Assembly (NCBI GenBank): GCA_964016885.1
Contig: OZ024759.1
Span: forward strand, 27,714,001 to 27,778,000
Length of the DNA: 64,000 bases
Reading direction: 5' to 3'
From: Eledone cirrhosa
Taxonomy: Eukaryota
Both the position numbers and the translations under genes were made by a program. Below the pieces are notes generated by a model. The model ran no database searches. It saw only the letters and a list, made by a program, of their open reading frames with translations, and was not told the origin of the DNA. Below, piece by piece: positions 1 to 12,764 of the stretch; the first letter of the stretch is position 1; each line of letters starts with the position of its first letter.

Positions 1-275
1 TCTACAAGATTTTGATATTTATTTTGAGAACAATATCTTAACATCAGTTTGAGTGACTGGTTACAGCCAGTTCCAACAGAAAGAGGTAGAGAATTCTGGC
101 CGGTTTTGGCCGGTTTGAACATTAAATGGTTAGAGGAAAGCCTTGTTTAATATAATTATCTGAACAAGAAAAAGGGTTAAATATAGGAATAAATTAGAAA
201 ATATAAGGGCTGCATCATTCATGTAATGTTTTCCAATGGTCCCACCATCTTTCTTTCGTCTGAAGACAAAACTAC

Positions 276-506
276 CTGCCTTATGTAAACATGTAACATT
301 CACCTGTGACCAAACTGTACCGGGGACACAGATTTGAATAAAACTAGCCCCCCATTCTGTACACCGAATAAATCTCATTGGATCTGAATGAGGGAAGAAA
401 TATATTTTAAGGGCAATTGCTTCTTTTGTACATGGTGTTTGGAACAAACAGTATGATTCTATTTCATTTCTCGTTGTGTTCTCAATTTTCCTACATTTGT
501 CTGGCA
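276..506 (-). CDS. Secreted lysozyme-like/chitin-binding protein, exon 3 (peritrophin-A/CBM14-like domain); 3' boundary uncertain
   Basis: Acceptor tttaattccag; phase 1 matches exon 2. Sequence C...PCTKEAIALKIYFFPHSDPMRFIRCTEWGASFIQICVPGTVWSQVNVTC. Possible donor CAG/GTAGT at 275; otherwise reads through to the stop at 130. Confidence 0.7.
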
Positions 507-1608
507 CTGGAATTAAAGACAAAACAAAATATATTAGCTTGATGCAAAATTAATGGCTGTTTTTATCTTCTTCTTCGCCCACTTATTTCTGAGAGGGCAG
601 TGGGGGCAGAGTTCTCAAACATTCCTTCTAGCGGGTACTGTCTGAAGTAACCATCCCCAACTGATCCAGCTGGATCCTCAAGCAAGTCCAGCCAAGCTCA
701 TGGATGTTATCCAACCATCTTGCTCGAGTTGTACCCCTTGGTCTCCAACCAGACGGTTTTGCCCGTAAAATCTGTCCAGCGATTATTTCCTGAGACATTC
801 TAACCACATGTCCACAGTATCAGAGCTGTGATCTCTCAATTTGCAGAAGTAGTGGCTCTACCTGGAGCAACTTTCCAGTGATTCTTTCCTGAGACATTCT
901 AACCACATGCCCCAGGAAAGAATCGCTGCTTTATTGATTCTAAAATTTCTTCTACAAAACAACACCAAACAACAATTAAATCATGATGAAATGATCATGT
1001 TTCACAGTCATGCTGGAGCACAACTGCATTGTTCTAGAAGGAATATATCATTATTCTGAACTCAGAAAGTAAAGAGCCAGAACAAATACTGTAATGGTAT
1101 TTTATCTGATGCCATACCTTTAACGTAGTTCTCAGGGAGATTCAGCAAGATACATCATATGACAAAACTAGCTCTTTGAATTACAAGTACAAACTCATTT
1201 TTGTCAGCTGGGTGAATGGAGAAATGTGAAATAAAGTATCTTGTTCAAGGACACGAAGCACAGGCCAGGCCAGGAATTGAATTCACAACCTCACAATCTT
1301 GAGTTAAACACCTTAACCACTAAATGATGAGCCTTCACTAGTTTCAGATCAATCAAATCAATCAACAAGATCCCAAACCTCATTCACGTATTGAGAGAGG
1401 TGGAACTAATCAAATCGGACCAAGGAAACAATGTTTCCATTGGTCTTTCCATTGCTGATACTAGCTTCCGGTCGTAATTCTTGGCAGAGTTTGAGATAAA
1501 CTTTGTCTAAAATCAATATATGATCTGTCTGCTTATAGGTCTGCCAGATGGGGGCTGGTCTGACCCAGGGCTAAATAACAACAACAACAACAAAAAATGT
1601 CCACTTGC

Positions 1609-1888
1609 CTTCTGGAATATTGGTGTTTTGTAGAAATTTGGTGGTATTTCCTTCAGGTTCAATGTATTTCTTCCAATATTCCGCTTGGTCAGTCACATTC
1701 ATGGGTATTGTGTCACTAATGGTCAGTAGATAGAGGGCCATAGCGTAGCCAGAATACAATGGCTTATCCAGTTCTGAATAATTAGATGAAGCTACATCAA
1801 TATCAAATCTTTCTTGACCAATACTGCAGTAGGACTGAAGATTTTTACCACAGGAGTCTTGGACAGTTTCCAGTTGATCAGAAGTAAC
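1609..1888 (-). CDS. Secreted lysozyme-like/chitin-binding protein, exon 2
   Basis: Acceptor tctcag; VTSDQL...ELDKPLYSGYAMALYL...IPMNVTDQAEYWKKY...KFL is open in frame with exon 1; ends at a GC donor (AAG/GCAAGT). Confidence 0.8.
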
Positions 1889-1908
1889 CTGAGATAATTA
1901 GAAGAAAT

Positions 1909-1949
<41 letters not shown>

Positions 1950-2017
1950 TAACTATTAAGCTCTGTTACCTACATAGAGCACTCTTTTTTCCTGGACTTT
2001 TCCGACGGAAATACTTA

Positions 2018-2062
<45 letters not shown>

Positions 2063-2103
2063 TTCAAAATATTAACAAAAATAGACATTCGTGTGATCAA
2101 GTA

Positions 2104-2170
2104 TATTTAATTATACATATTTCAGAGTTACTAAGCTATTTTCAACAGTACGTCCTCATCAGATAAAATA
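2104..2170 (-). ncRNA. Type I hammerhead ribozyme, same family as 12372-12437
   Basis: UAUUUUAU CUGAUGA GGACGUACU...AGUAACUCU GAAA UAUGUAUA^AUUAAAUA. Confidence 0.62.
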
Positions 2171-2361
2171 AGTTGATGCATGACATACCCTGACTTAGTA
2201 GATGGTTAAGATTCAGTCATGGTAGTCCACCATAACTGAATTTTATTTTTGTTAATATTTTGAATTAATATTAATAACTCCGGAAAACCATACTGGTTGA
2301 GTGCTCCCAATCTATTGTAAAACTCATTCTTTGATTTATTCATTGACCCTTGTTTAACCTT

Positions 2362-2399
<38 letters not shown>

Positions 2400-2805
2400 G
2401 GAGGTGAGTTTTATTGTAGCACAATAAAGCAATGCAAATATCGGATAAGTAGCACTCTACAGTTTGTAGGACTGGAGTATATATAATATAAGATAAAAAA
2501 ATGGTTAAAAGAGTTCCAAGTATTTTATTATGCGCATTTCAAAAACAAATATCATCATGGGATATTTGTTTTTGAAATGCGCATAATAAAATACTTGGAA
2601 CTCTTTTAACCATCTTTTGATCTTATTTTATATATATATATATATATATAAGTTATAAGAATCAAAGTTCTGTTCAAATCATTTATATGCTTACAATTGT
2701 TTCCTCCTTGTAATATATTACTGCCTATCACTATTTAGGGTTTGTAAAAATATATATAACTACAAAAGATTTTTGTATTTGCATAACCATAAATAGTATC
2801 CTTAA

Positions 2806-2859
<54 letters not shown>

Positions 2860-3169
2860 CGGCCACTTTAACCTACACAAGATGGACCTCCTCACAGCAT
2901 TGAGTAATTCAAATGGTGTGGCACCTGTAACTTTATATATATATACAAATATATATATGTATGTATGTAAAAGGTAAACAGAAATAACACAATCAGTACA
3001 GTATATGGAAGGGATATATTAGTTTAACGCTTGGTTCAGCAGGAAGAGGGTCTTAACGTTTCGGACGCTATATATACATATATCATCATCATATACATAC
3101 ATATATACATATATCATCATCATCGTTTAACATCCATTTTTCCATACTACCATGTGGGTACCTTTTCTT

Positions 3170-3810
3170 ATTATTCTTTGTCTACTTATTCCTGAGGAGG
3201 GTCATGGGGGTAGAGCCCTCAAGTACGTCTTCCAGCAGGTCCTGTCAGAAGCAACTATCACCAATTGATCTAGCTGGATCCCCAAGCAAGACGAGCCAAG
3301 CTCATGGTTGTTATCTAACCATCTTGCTCGTGGTCTACCCCTGAGTCTTTTGCTAGTTGATTTTGCCTGTAAAATCTGTCCACTGATTCTCTCTTGATAC
3401 ATTATTACCACATGTCCACCCACAGTATTGGAGCTATAATCTCTCAATTCAGAGACGTAACAGCTCTACCTGGAGTGACTCCCTGATTTCCAAGCTACAC
3501 ACTTTATCAAGTAACGTTACTCTAAAGAGCCTTCAGAGGAACCCCTGTTTGGCCACTCACATTCTTTGTTGTATTCTTTTGGTCATTACCCAAGATTCAT
3601 GACCATAGGTAACAGTTGATACAAATACCAGATTGAAGATATTAAGTTTGGCTTTTACACCTACCACCTTTCTTATGATTACCAAATGTTGAAGCTGGCG
3701 CATTACTGCATCTGCTCCTGCAATTGTTGCATTTAATTCGGCCTTTTGCCTTCCATTACTCATGAACATGGCCTGGCCCTGAGACAGTTGAACTTCTCCA
3801 CCATAAGAAA
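3170..3810 (-). mobile_element. RTE-clade LINE 3' fragment; smaller pieces of the same family at about 560-910, 4060-4150, 8310-8780 and 27390-27600
   Basis: VSTVTYGHESWVMTK, GHV..M, RGRPRARWLD motifs. Confidence 0.85.
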
Positions 3811-4217
3811 GGACAAAATGTCTAGTAGAAAAAATGCAGGACTGATTTTCATTATTACACCAGGTCGGTGAATTGGCAGTATCGGTGGAGGGTTGGACGT
3901 CATGCTTTCCAGCATAGTTACGTCCCTTTACGATCTGAGTTCAAATCCCGCCGAGGTTGACTTTGCCTTTCATCCTTACGGGGTCGATAAAATAAAGTAC
4001 CAGTAATGCACTGGGTAATTGCTGGCCTTGTGCCTAAAGTAGAAACAATTATTACACCAGGTCCTGCAATTCTTGCACTTAATTCAACCTCCTGTTATCT
4101 ATAACTCATGAATACAGCCCCAAGATATTTGAACTTCTCCACCACAAGGAAAGTCGTCAAAAAAGGTCAACTAGAAAAAAACCCCCAAAAATAACAAGAA
4201 AAGAAAAAGTATATTAC

Positions 4218-4484
4218 CCTCCAGATTCCACCTTTTTCAGGAATAAATGGTATCCCGTCATTACTTTGGACTGCAGCAAGTCTGCGAAGGAACGAATAAT
4301 CCTCCATTATAATATTCTGGGATTTTACAAGGATCACTACAGTTTCAACAATTTTACTGCCGACATTACCTTCTATGAGGGTGTGATCAATTGAGAACCC
4401 CCAACACAATGGTAACACGAGGAGACATGATATCAATTGGAAACATTTCGGAAGAGAACGAGACAAAGATGGCAGCAACTGCAT
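4218..4484 (-). CDS. Secreted lysozyme-like/chitin-binding protein, exon 1 (signal peptide plus start of the lysozyme-like domain)
   Basis: ATG at 4484; hydrophobic leader ...LISCLLVLPLCWG; DHTLIEGNVGSKIVETVV...FLRRLAAVQSNDG...GGIWR; donor gtaat at 4217. Confidence 0.8.
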
Positions 4485-4750
4485 GTTGTTGTTGTTGTTG
4501 TTGTTGTTGTTTCTGCTACAGTTGCTGTAGTTGTGGTTGTTGTTGAAATATTGGTTTTGTTGTTGTGGTTGTTGTTATTGTTGTTGTCGTTGATATTATT
4601 GCTGTTGTTGAGGATGTTGTTGATGTTGCTATTGTTCTTGTTGTTGAGGGTGATGTTGATGTTGTTGTTGAGGGTGTTGTTGGTGTTGATGTTGTTGTTG
4701 TTGTTGTTGAGGGTGTTGTTGTTGTTGAGGGTGTTGTTGATGTTGTTGAA
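4485..4750. repeat. (GTT)n tract immediately upstream of the minus-strand ATG
   Basis: Direct inspection. Confidence 0.9.
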
Positions 4751-5226
4751 TAGCTAGATAAGAGGTTGAGTATATCTAGTAAATAGCAGAACATGGAAGA
4801 CTTCAACCATTTGGTAATTCTTCTTTCTCTGATGGTTGCTTCCTTTATATTAACAAAACAATGGCCACAGTTTTATATTTTATATTTTGGTTATTTTGGG
4901 AAAATAACAAAACAACCAAAAATTTAAAAAAAATTTAAAAATTTGTGTAAAGGAATAAAAAAAATGAAAACAAATACACATACACACGTATATATACATA
5001 CATATATATGTGTGTGTTGTGTACATGTTTGTACACACATACATGCATATACATATCATATACATATATACACACACTCACACACACATATATATAATTG
5101 TCATCATCATCATCATCATTTAAAGTTAACTTTTGTATGATTGCATGGAATCATATATATGTATTATGTATGTATATATATATACACACACATACATACA
5201 TATACATACATACACATATATATATT

Positions 5227-5272
<46 letters not shown>

Positions 5273-5594
5273 AGGAAATGAAAACATGTAAAAGTATATG
5301 ATTAATGAGTCTTGTTATCCTAATTAGAATAATTATTCTAATTATAAGCGAGGAAAACATTGATATGCTCAGAATTATATTTCTATTTATATAAATATAC
5401 TTTAGTTGTGAGATTACCTGAATGATAAAGAGAAAATTATGAAGATTCTGCTGGAATCATTTCCATCTATATATAATTTTGAGTCACTTCCGTCTGTTCA
5501 TCCACCCGTCATACAATATATGTGTGTGTATGTATGTATGTATGGGTGTGTATATGTATGTGTGTATATATGTGTGTGTGTGTGTATGTATGTA

Positions 5595-6475
5595 TGAGGT
5601 GGATCAGAAAAGTTCCAGGACTGATGTCACAAAAGATTTATTTCAAACCCAAACTTCACACTAAGAGTTTTCTCTTTCAAAGTAATCCCCCTGGAGTCTA
5701 ATGCACTTTTCCATCCTTTTCTGCCACGCTTGCATGCACTCCTGGAAGGATTCTTCCGGGATCCTCCGCAATTCCGTCATCACGGCCTTTTTGATGTCAT
5801 CCACATCTTCAAAACCGGCCCCCTCCGGGTTGTACTCCAAGATCGTGATGACTGTCCCTAGCAAGTCTGGTTCAGTTTCAAGACGCTCGAGGATGTCCTG
5901 GCACACTTGCATGCGTCGACTCTTCTGGTCATCGTTCAGCAGTTTTGGCACCATCTTCACGCAGACTTTCCGCATGTCCAAATCTTCAGTGAGAATCTTC
6001 CAGACGCTGTCCCGATTTATGCCCAGCTCATTTGCCATCAGTCGAACAGTCAGCCGACGATCACTACGCACCATCTGCCTGACGCGCTCAACGTTGACCT
6101 CAGTCCTGGTTGTTGAGGGCCTTCCGCTCCTGGGGTCATCTTCCACGTCCTCGCGTCCTTCTTTAAACCTCTTGCACCACTCAAAAACACGTGAGCGTGA
6201 CATCGTCTCATCTCCATACACTTGCTGCAGCAATCCTACTGCTTCTGACGGACTTTTCAAGTTTGTCCGTTGCTCTGTGCTCATTGCTTGACGACCTGAA
6301 ACAGAGGACATGTATATATAATTATGAAGAAAAAAGTTTGATCACTGCAGAGAGCTAAGATTACAGTTACATACTCCAGGGGGATTACTTTGAAGGAGAA
6401 AACTCTTAGTGTGAAGTTTGGGTTTGAAATAAATCTTTTGTGACATCAGTCCTGGAACTTTTCTGATAGACCTCA
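5595..6475 (-). mobile_element. Mariner element, internally deleted, with 103-bp inverted ends
   Basis: TA flanks at 5593-5594 and 6476-6477. ORF 5661-6311 retains the HTH region (VFEWCKRFKEGR...RSGRP) and the C-terminal GDYFE but lacks the DD34D core. Confidence 0.92.
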
Positions 6476-7094
6476 TATGTGTGTAAAAGAAAGGGAGGGA
6501 ATGGTGAAAAAACTATAGCAAAACAGCAGTTGGTGTTCCATTTGCTATGCTGTGTATATGTATGTGTTTTTGTGTCAATGTATGTGCAAATATATGTGTG
6601 TGTTTGTGTAAATATGTGTGTGTTTGTGTAAATATATGAGTGTGTTTGTGTAAATGAGTGAATGTATGTGTGTTTGTGTGAATGTATGTGTGTGTGAATT
6701 TGTCTGTTTGTGTGAATGTATGTGTGTGTTTGTGTAAATGAGTGAATGTATGTGTGTGTTTGTATGAATGTATGTGTATTTGTGTGAATGTATGTCTGTG
6801 AGTGTGTATTTTCGGAAGTGTGTCTGTGTTTGCATGTTTATATTTATATACTCACATATAAATGTATGCTTATACACACATACACATATGGGTCAGCATG
6901 TTGAAAATAATTCTAGTAATTATAAATGACACATAAATATATTTTGCTTGCTGTTATGATTAAATTTCTTCAACTAAAAGACGCGAGAAAGCCTGTGGTT
7001 GATTCTGGCTTCATGCTTAAATCTTCTGAAAAGATAGTCATTTTTATCCAGCAATCCTTTGACTAAAAACCCAGTGTCCACATACTCCCTCCAC

Positions 7095-7802
7095 AACATT
7101 AATATCAAGAAGTCGTTTTGTGAACGTGACCTGGGCATTACTGTCAGCAGTGATTTGCGTTAGACGAAGCACGTCTCTAAAATTGTCAAGAAGGCCGAGG
7201 GTGTTTTAGCATCACTCAGCAAGACCTTTGTCAGCCGTTCTCCAGCTATCTATTTAAAGCTGTACATGGCTATGGTGCGGCCAAACTTAGAATTTGCATC
7301 ACCAGTCTGGAACCCCTATCTTGCTCAGAACATTGACCTCCTGGAAACTGTTCAGCGACATGCAACCACGTGAATACCCTCCATCAGGCATCTACCATAC
7401 TCTGAACGCTTTGTTTACCTGGGCATGGATGCATTGAAGCTCTGACATCTGGCAACTGATTTGGTAAACACCCACAAAATTATTAACCATCTTGCCAACA
7501 ACAATCCTGAGTACCATTTTGATTTCCATGTGTCTAACACAGCACAGCTCCCATGACTTTCGGAAACATTTTTTCACACTCAGAGTTGCTGAAGATGAGA
7601 CACTGCATCCTTTAAAACCGCCATGCTTCCTGAGATTCGCCAACACTGCACCTGATGTCCCCCCTTCATACACACACACACACACGCATGTATTTCATGA
7701 CTCATACACTGTTCATTTTCCTGACATTTGTACATTATTCTATGTACTATACATGCACCTTTGATGAGTTATAGTGCACTGTACACAATAATTTCATTAT
7801 TA
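7095..7802 (+). mobile_element. CR1-clade LINE 3' fragment (decayed)
   Basis: ERDLGITVSSDL*..LKLYMAMVRPNLEFASPVWNP, (ATT)n tail. Confidence 0.88.
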
Positions 7803-9764
7803 TGATGGTTAAACATTTTCACCTGGCACATGAGGGTAAGCTGAAAAGTTCATAGGCTAACACAGGGGTAAATGGTAAAAGCATCGAGTTTCTAACTATC
7901 CACTATTAATATTCCAGCTTTTCTAGTCGATACAAATGCTGTAAATGCATGTTATTATTAGTTTTAAAGGGTTTTAAACTGGTTCAGTACCTCTCAACAG
8001 ACGACATTTGTAATATACGACTTATTTTGATTATCTCCCCTTGACCATTTCTGAACGAAATATCCCCCCCCCCCCACTATCACGCATTTATCTTTCAACG
8101 TCCAGTTTTTCTTTCAAATCATCCGAGGTTCGTTGTTCAATTACTCTTACGTTATGAATCTAGAGAAGCATGTTCGATTCGTGTACACACGATTATATAA
8201 ATAATTTTACAAATAAAAAAACTAAAATAAAATAAACAGGTAATACACACACATCATGGACGAAATGCAATCGAAAGGGCTGGACAGAGAGACAGATAGA
8301 TAGAGACTCTTCTTGTTTTTCTTCGTCCATTTATTGCTTAGAGGGTCGTGGGAGTAGAGTCCTCAAATACTCCTCCAGAGGGTCTCCAATTTATCCGACT
8401 GGATCCCCAAGCGTGACCAGCCAAGCTCATATATGTTATCCAACCATCTTGCTCAGGGTCTACCCCTGGGTCTCATGTCGGTTTTGCCCATAAAATCTGT
8501 CTAGCGATTCTTTCCTGAGACATTCTAACCACATGCCTGAAGTATCAGAGTTGTGATCTCTCAATTCAGAGAAGTAGCGGCTCTACTTGGAGTGACTCCT
8601 GTGATTCTTTCCTGAGACATTCTAACTACATGCCTGTAATATCGGAGCTGTGATCTCTCAATTCAGAGAAGTAGCTTCTCTACTTGGAGTGAACTCTTGC
8701 GATTCTTTCCTGAGACATTCATACCATTGGAGCTGTGATTTCTCAATTCGGAGGAATAGAGGCTCTACCTGGAATGATTTCCTATATAATATAATTTAGT
8801 TGAGACAGAAATACAAAATACGCTTATTTTGTTAAGAATAAAAGCTTTATTTGTGACATTAGAATGTAAACTTTATCTATGAGGCCACATATGTCACCTT
8901 GCTGGTCGATTGATAGCATACAAGAAACTCTATTGAAAAGACTATTAAATTAATGCTACACACACTTATATATATATTTATATATATAATATGTAGGTTA
9001 CCGAGTTATGTCGGAGGGAGATCGGGCAACTACAGTTAAAAAATGGACTCAATACTTAGCCAGAGTATAGGCATCTTTATTATATATATAGAAATGACTT
9101 CTATAGGACTAGAACTGTTTCAATCGTATGAAATCATGGACATTTCTCATGATTTCATGCGAATGAAACAGTTCTAGTCCTGTAGAAGTCATTTCTCTCT
9201 CTCTCTCTCTCTCTCTCATAATCGCATATAATGCCACCGTAACTATTTTTACCAAAATTTACGAGCATTAAAAACATGCACAGGATATTTTTTAATATAC
9301 TGTAGTGTTAAAAAACACAGAAAAATGACTGAAGATAACTGCGTATCATCATCTACCACTTGTATTATATAACTATTTCGTCTAAAAATATAATTAGCGA
9401 ATCTTTTTTTTTTAAAGCTACCCCAGAAAACAACAAACGCATTTAGTGTTGAATTAATGTAAATTTTTTAATTTCATTTTGATTTTTATATTTCCGTGCC
9501 TTATATTTATAAGATTTCTATTAATAATTAATTGATTTCTAATTTCTATTTAATCATATATTTATATGCTAAACCCTTTTCTCTATCAACGTGTGATATA
9601 GATATATAACACAAACGAACGTTATTCTCTTTTAGTTTACTTCTCTCAACGTAATGAAAGTAAAAAGTAAAATAAACGTTAAGAAGATTTACAGGTGATA
9701 AACAATAAAATACGAAAGCCATTTGATCATATTTATTTCTCCCGCCTGGTTTTTATTTTTTTAC

Positions 9765-9891
9765 TAAACCGGAATGCACTTATTCGTGCGATCCCATAAT
9801 TCTAGAACCATGTGCTTCACTTTGCTGTCATCTCTCAAAGACATCGGTTTCTCCTCAACTAACGGCCAGTAATAACTACTTCATATTTCAG
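9765..9891 (+). promoter_or_regulatory. Candidate CTPS promoter and non-coding first exon
   Basis: CTPS coding exon 1 has an acceptor upstream of its ATG, so a 5' UTR exon should exist. This non-repetitive stretch has CCGGAA (ETS-like), TCCCATAAT (ZNF143/Staf-like) and a CAG/GTATT donor at 9891. Speculative. Confidence 0.3.
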
Positions 9892-10129
9892 GTATTTTAT
9901 TATATGTATTATAAAATTTCATTATGCATTGCCGATTACTTTCTTTTATTGCCGATTACTTTCATTTATTGCCGATTACTTTCATTTATTGCCGATTACT
10001 TTCTTTTTAAGCTCGATTTCTAATTACATAGCAGAAATATATGTATATATATATATATATATGAGTCCGGGTTCAATCGGGGGTAACCACAGTAAGGTAC
10101 TCATATATATATATATGTATATATATATG

Positions 10130-10188
<59 letters not shown>

Positions 10189-11731
10189 CACACACTTAAT
10201 TGTGGTAACTAGCCGAAACCGGCTCAGAGCGTGTCGTTTCTCTGCTTTACTACTATATGTATATATACACACATGTGCATATGTATGTATATATATATAT
10301 ATATATATACATGTTTGCATATGTATATGCATACATCTGTGTATATATATAATGATATATTAGGGAACAAAGAATCAGTGTTGTATCATATACATGTTTC
10401 CCTCCGATCAGCTCGAGGAACGATCGATTATGGAATCGAAAGCTCCTCAGATATGTGGTCTCACATGTAGAATCACGTCCAATATCTATTGCGGAAGTCG
10501 CGGAAGCAGAACCATGGAAGCAATCGAAGAAAATTAAACGATGAGGAAGTGTGTTAGGAATAAATTTTACCAAATCCTTATCGTTTCAGGCTTCATTCCA
10601 TTAGCTTTTCTTTTATCATTTTTTTTTCTATATATCTTATTGATATCTCATCAATATTTATGGCTATATGTTTATATCTATTTAATCATTTAATCAAATG
10701 TTATCATGCCGACCAGATGGAATATTTGCAGGGAAAAGTACTAGAAAAAAAAAATTCCCCTAAACGTCCAATTATTTAGCTAACTGTATGTATATATATA
10801 TATATATACGCGCATATGGTTGTCAGCTTAGTGAATAGTGCTCAATACCCAAGTAGAGTTTTAATATGGAATATATACATTTATAATTATCTGCTATATT
10901 ACGACTACAACTTCGATGTATAGCTATTATTATATATATAATGTTTAACCATACACACACATATATGTGTATATATAGATAGGATATCCATAGATAATTT
11001 GTAATTAAATTTGAGGCCAGGCTCCTCCACTATATAGTGGTGGCCATAACTGGATCCAGAAACCTTAGATCGCGTATACACGTTAAGAGCATGAAATTTT
11101 AATATATTTCTATTTAATCTTCACTCAATAATTATATATCCTCAAATTTATGGCGCGAAGTTTTCGCTAAATCTGTTTCATTTTTCTCGTCTTCATATAA
11201 AAATTTAGGAATCTCTTCTGGAAGAGAGGAAAATATTATATGTAATTTAAAGTAATGTAGTTTTTTTAGTTAGATGTTAGATGTTAAAGATGTCATTTAA
11301 ATAAAAATAAAAGGTAGTCTCATCTAACGTTTCGAGATGAATGGGAAAACGTGATCTAATGGAAATTTAGGAAGATTTGCAAAAATTAAATATAATAATT
11401 CTTTAATGTTGCTTTATTGATATTAAAAAATAAATCTCTTTAGAAGTATTGTAAATATTTTTTAATATGTATAATGTTAAATAATGTATTATTACATTGT
11501 TGTTATTTTTTGAGCTTCGTCAATGGAAAGAGAGAAAGAAGTTAAAATATATAAATATCTAATTGTGTAAATCTTTAAGTCGGTTATATTTAGAGGTTCC
11601 TTGATTATGTTTAGGGTCCCGAAATCTTCAAGGACAATCATAAATCGACAAAAATATGAAAATATGTCTCATGTACTCGGCTTCCTTTCACTACCACGTG
11701 TCAACCTGTGATATCGATATATATGTGTGTA

Positions 11732-11786
<55 letters not shown>

Positions 11787-11820
11787 TGTGTGTGTGGGTG
11801 TGTATATATATATATAGGTT

Positions 11821-11854
<34 letters not shown>

Positions 11855-12371
11855 GTGTGTGGGTGTATATTTATATATAAAAATACAAATAAAGATTCAG
11901 CGAGAACCGCATTTTGGCGGGCAGGAAAAGCGAAGCTAAACGCAAAGATCAGAAATGATACTGGCAAAGTGCTCAATAGTTAAAAACCAGAGCTAAACAA
12001 TGTGTGAAGAAGCCATACAAAACTGAAATATATATATATATGGGTGTGTGAGTGTATCCCCGGGGTCAATTGGGGGTAACCACAGCAAGGTACTCAATAC
12101 ATAGCAGAGTATAAATATCTAATATAGAAATGGCTTCTACAGGACGAGAACTGTTTCATTCGAAGGAAATAATCAGGAATGAAACAGTTCTAGACCCGTA
12201 GAAGTCATTTCTATTTAAAATAAATATGTATCTTTTTTACTATTTACTAATGCACTGAGTACCAGATTTAACTAGTTTTTTTGTGTTTTTCTGATCCTCA
12301 GAAAACCATCCTTTAATTATATATATATATATACAATAAACAAATGGAAACTATATTTATAAAACCATATT

Positions 12372-12437
12372 TATTTTATTATACATATTTCAAGGGCCAC
12401 CAAGGCAAATTATGGTGCGCTTTCATCAGATAAAATA
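12372..12437 (-). ncRNA. Type I hammerhead ribozyme
   Basis: Minus strand reads UAUUUUAU CUGAUGA AAGCGCACCA...UGGUGGCCCUU GAAA UAUGUAUA^AUAAAAUA: 8-bp stem I and self-complementary stem III. Confidence 0.72.
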
Positions 12438-12659
12438 CAATACAAATTAGTTTTATAAATAAATATTGACATACCCTGAAAAAAAGACAACCTTAACGGT
12501 TGGAGCTTCCTGGATAGTCAAAATAAATATGGTTTTATAAATATAGTTTCCATTTGTTAATATATTGTATATTTACTCCACTCTTTGTTGAGTGCTTTAT
12601 ATCAGTTATAAAAACTTTTTAAGCTTGTTGAATCCCAGCAAATTAAATATAACCTCTGC

Positions 12660-12724
12660 ATATATATATGTATATATTATATATATATATATATATATGT
12701 ATATATTATATATATATATGTATA

Positions 12725-12764
<40 letters not shown>

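Noticed and set aside
4437-4806. Thr-rich mucin-like ORF and Val/Leu-rich ORFs
   Set aside because: (GTT)n tract; not in frame with the signal-peptide ORF starting at 4484; most likely 5' UTR or upstream sequence.
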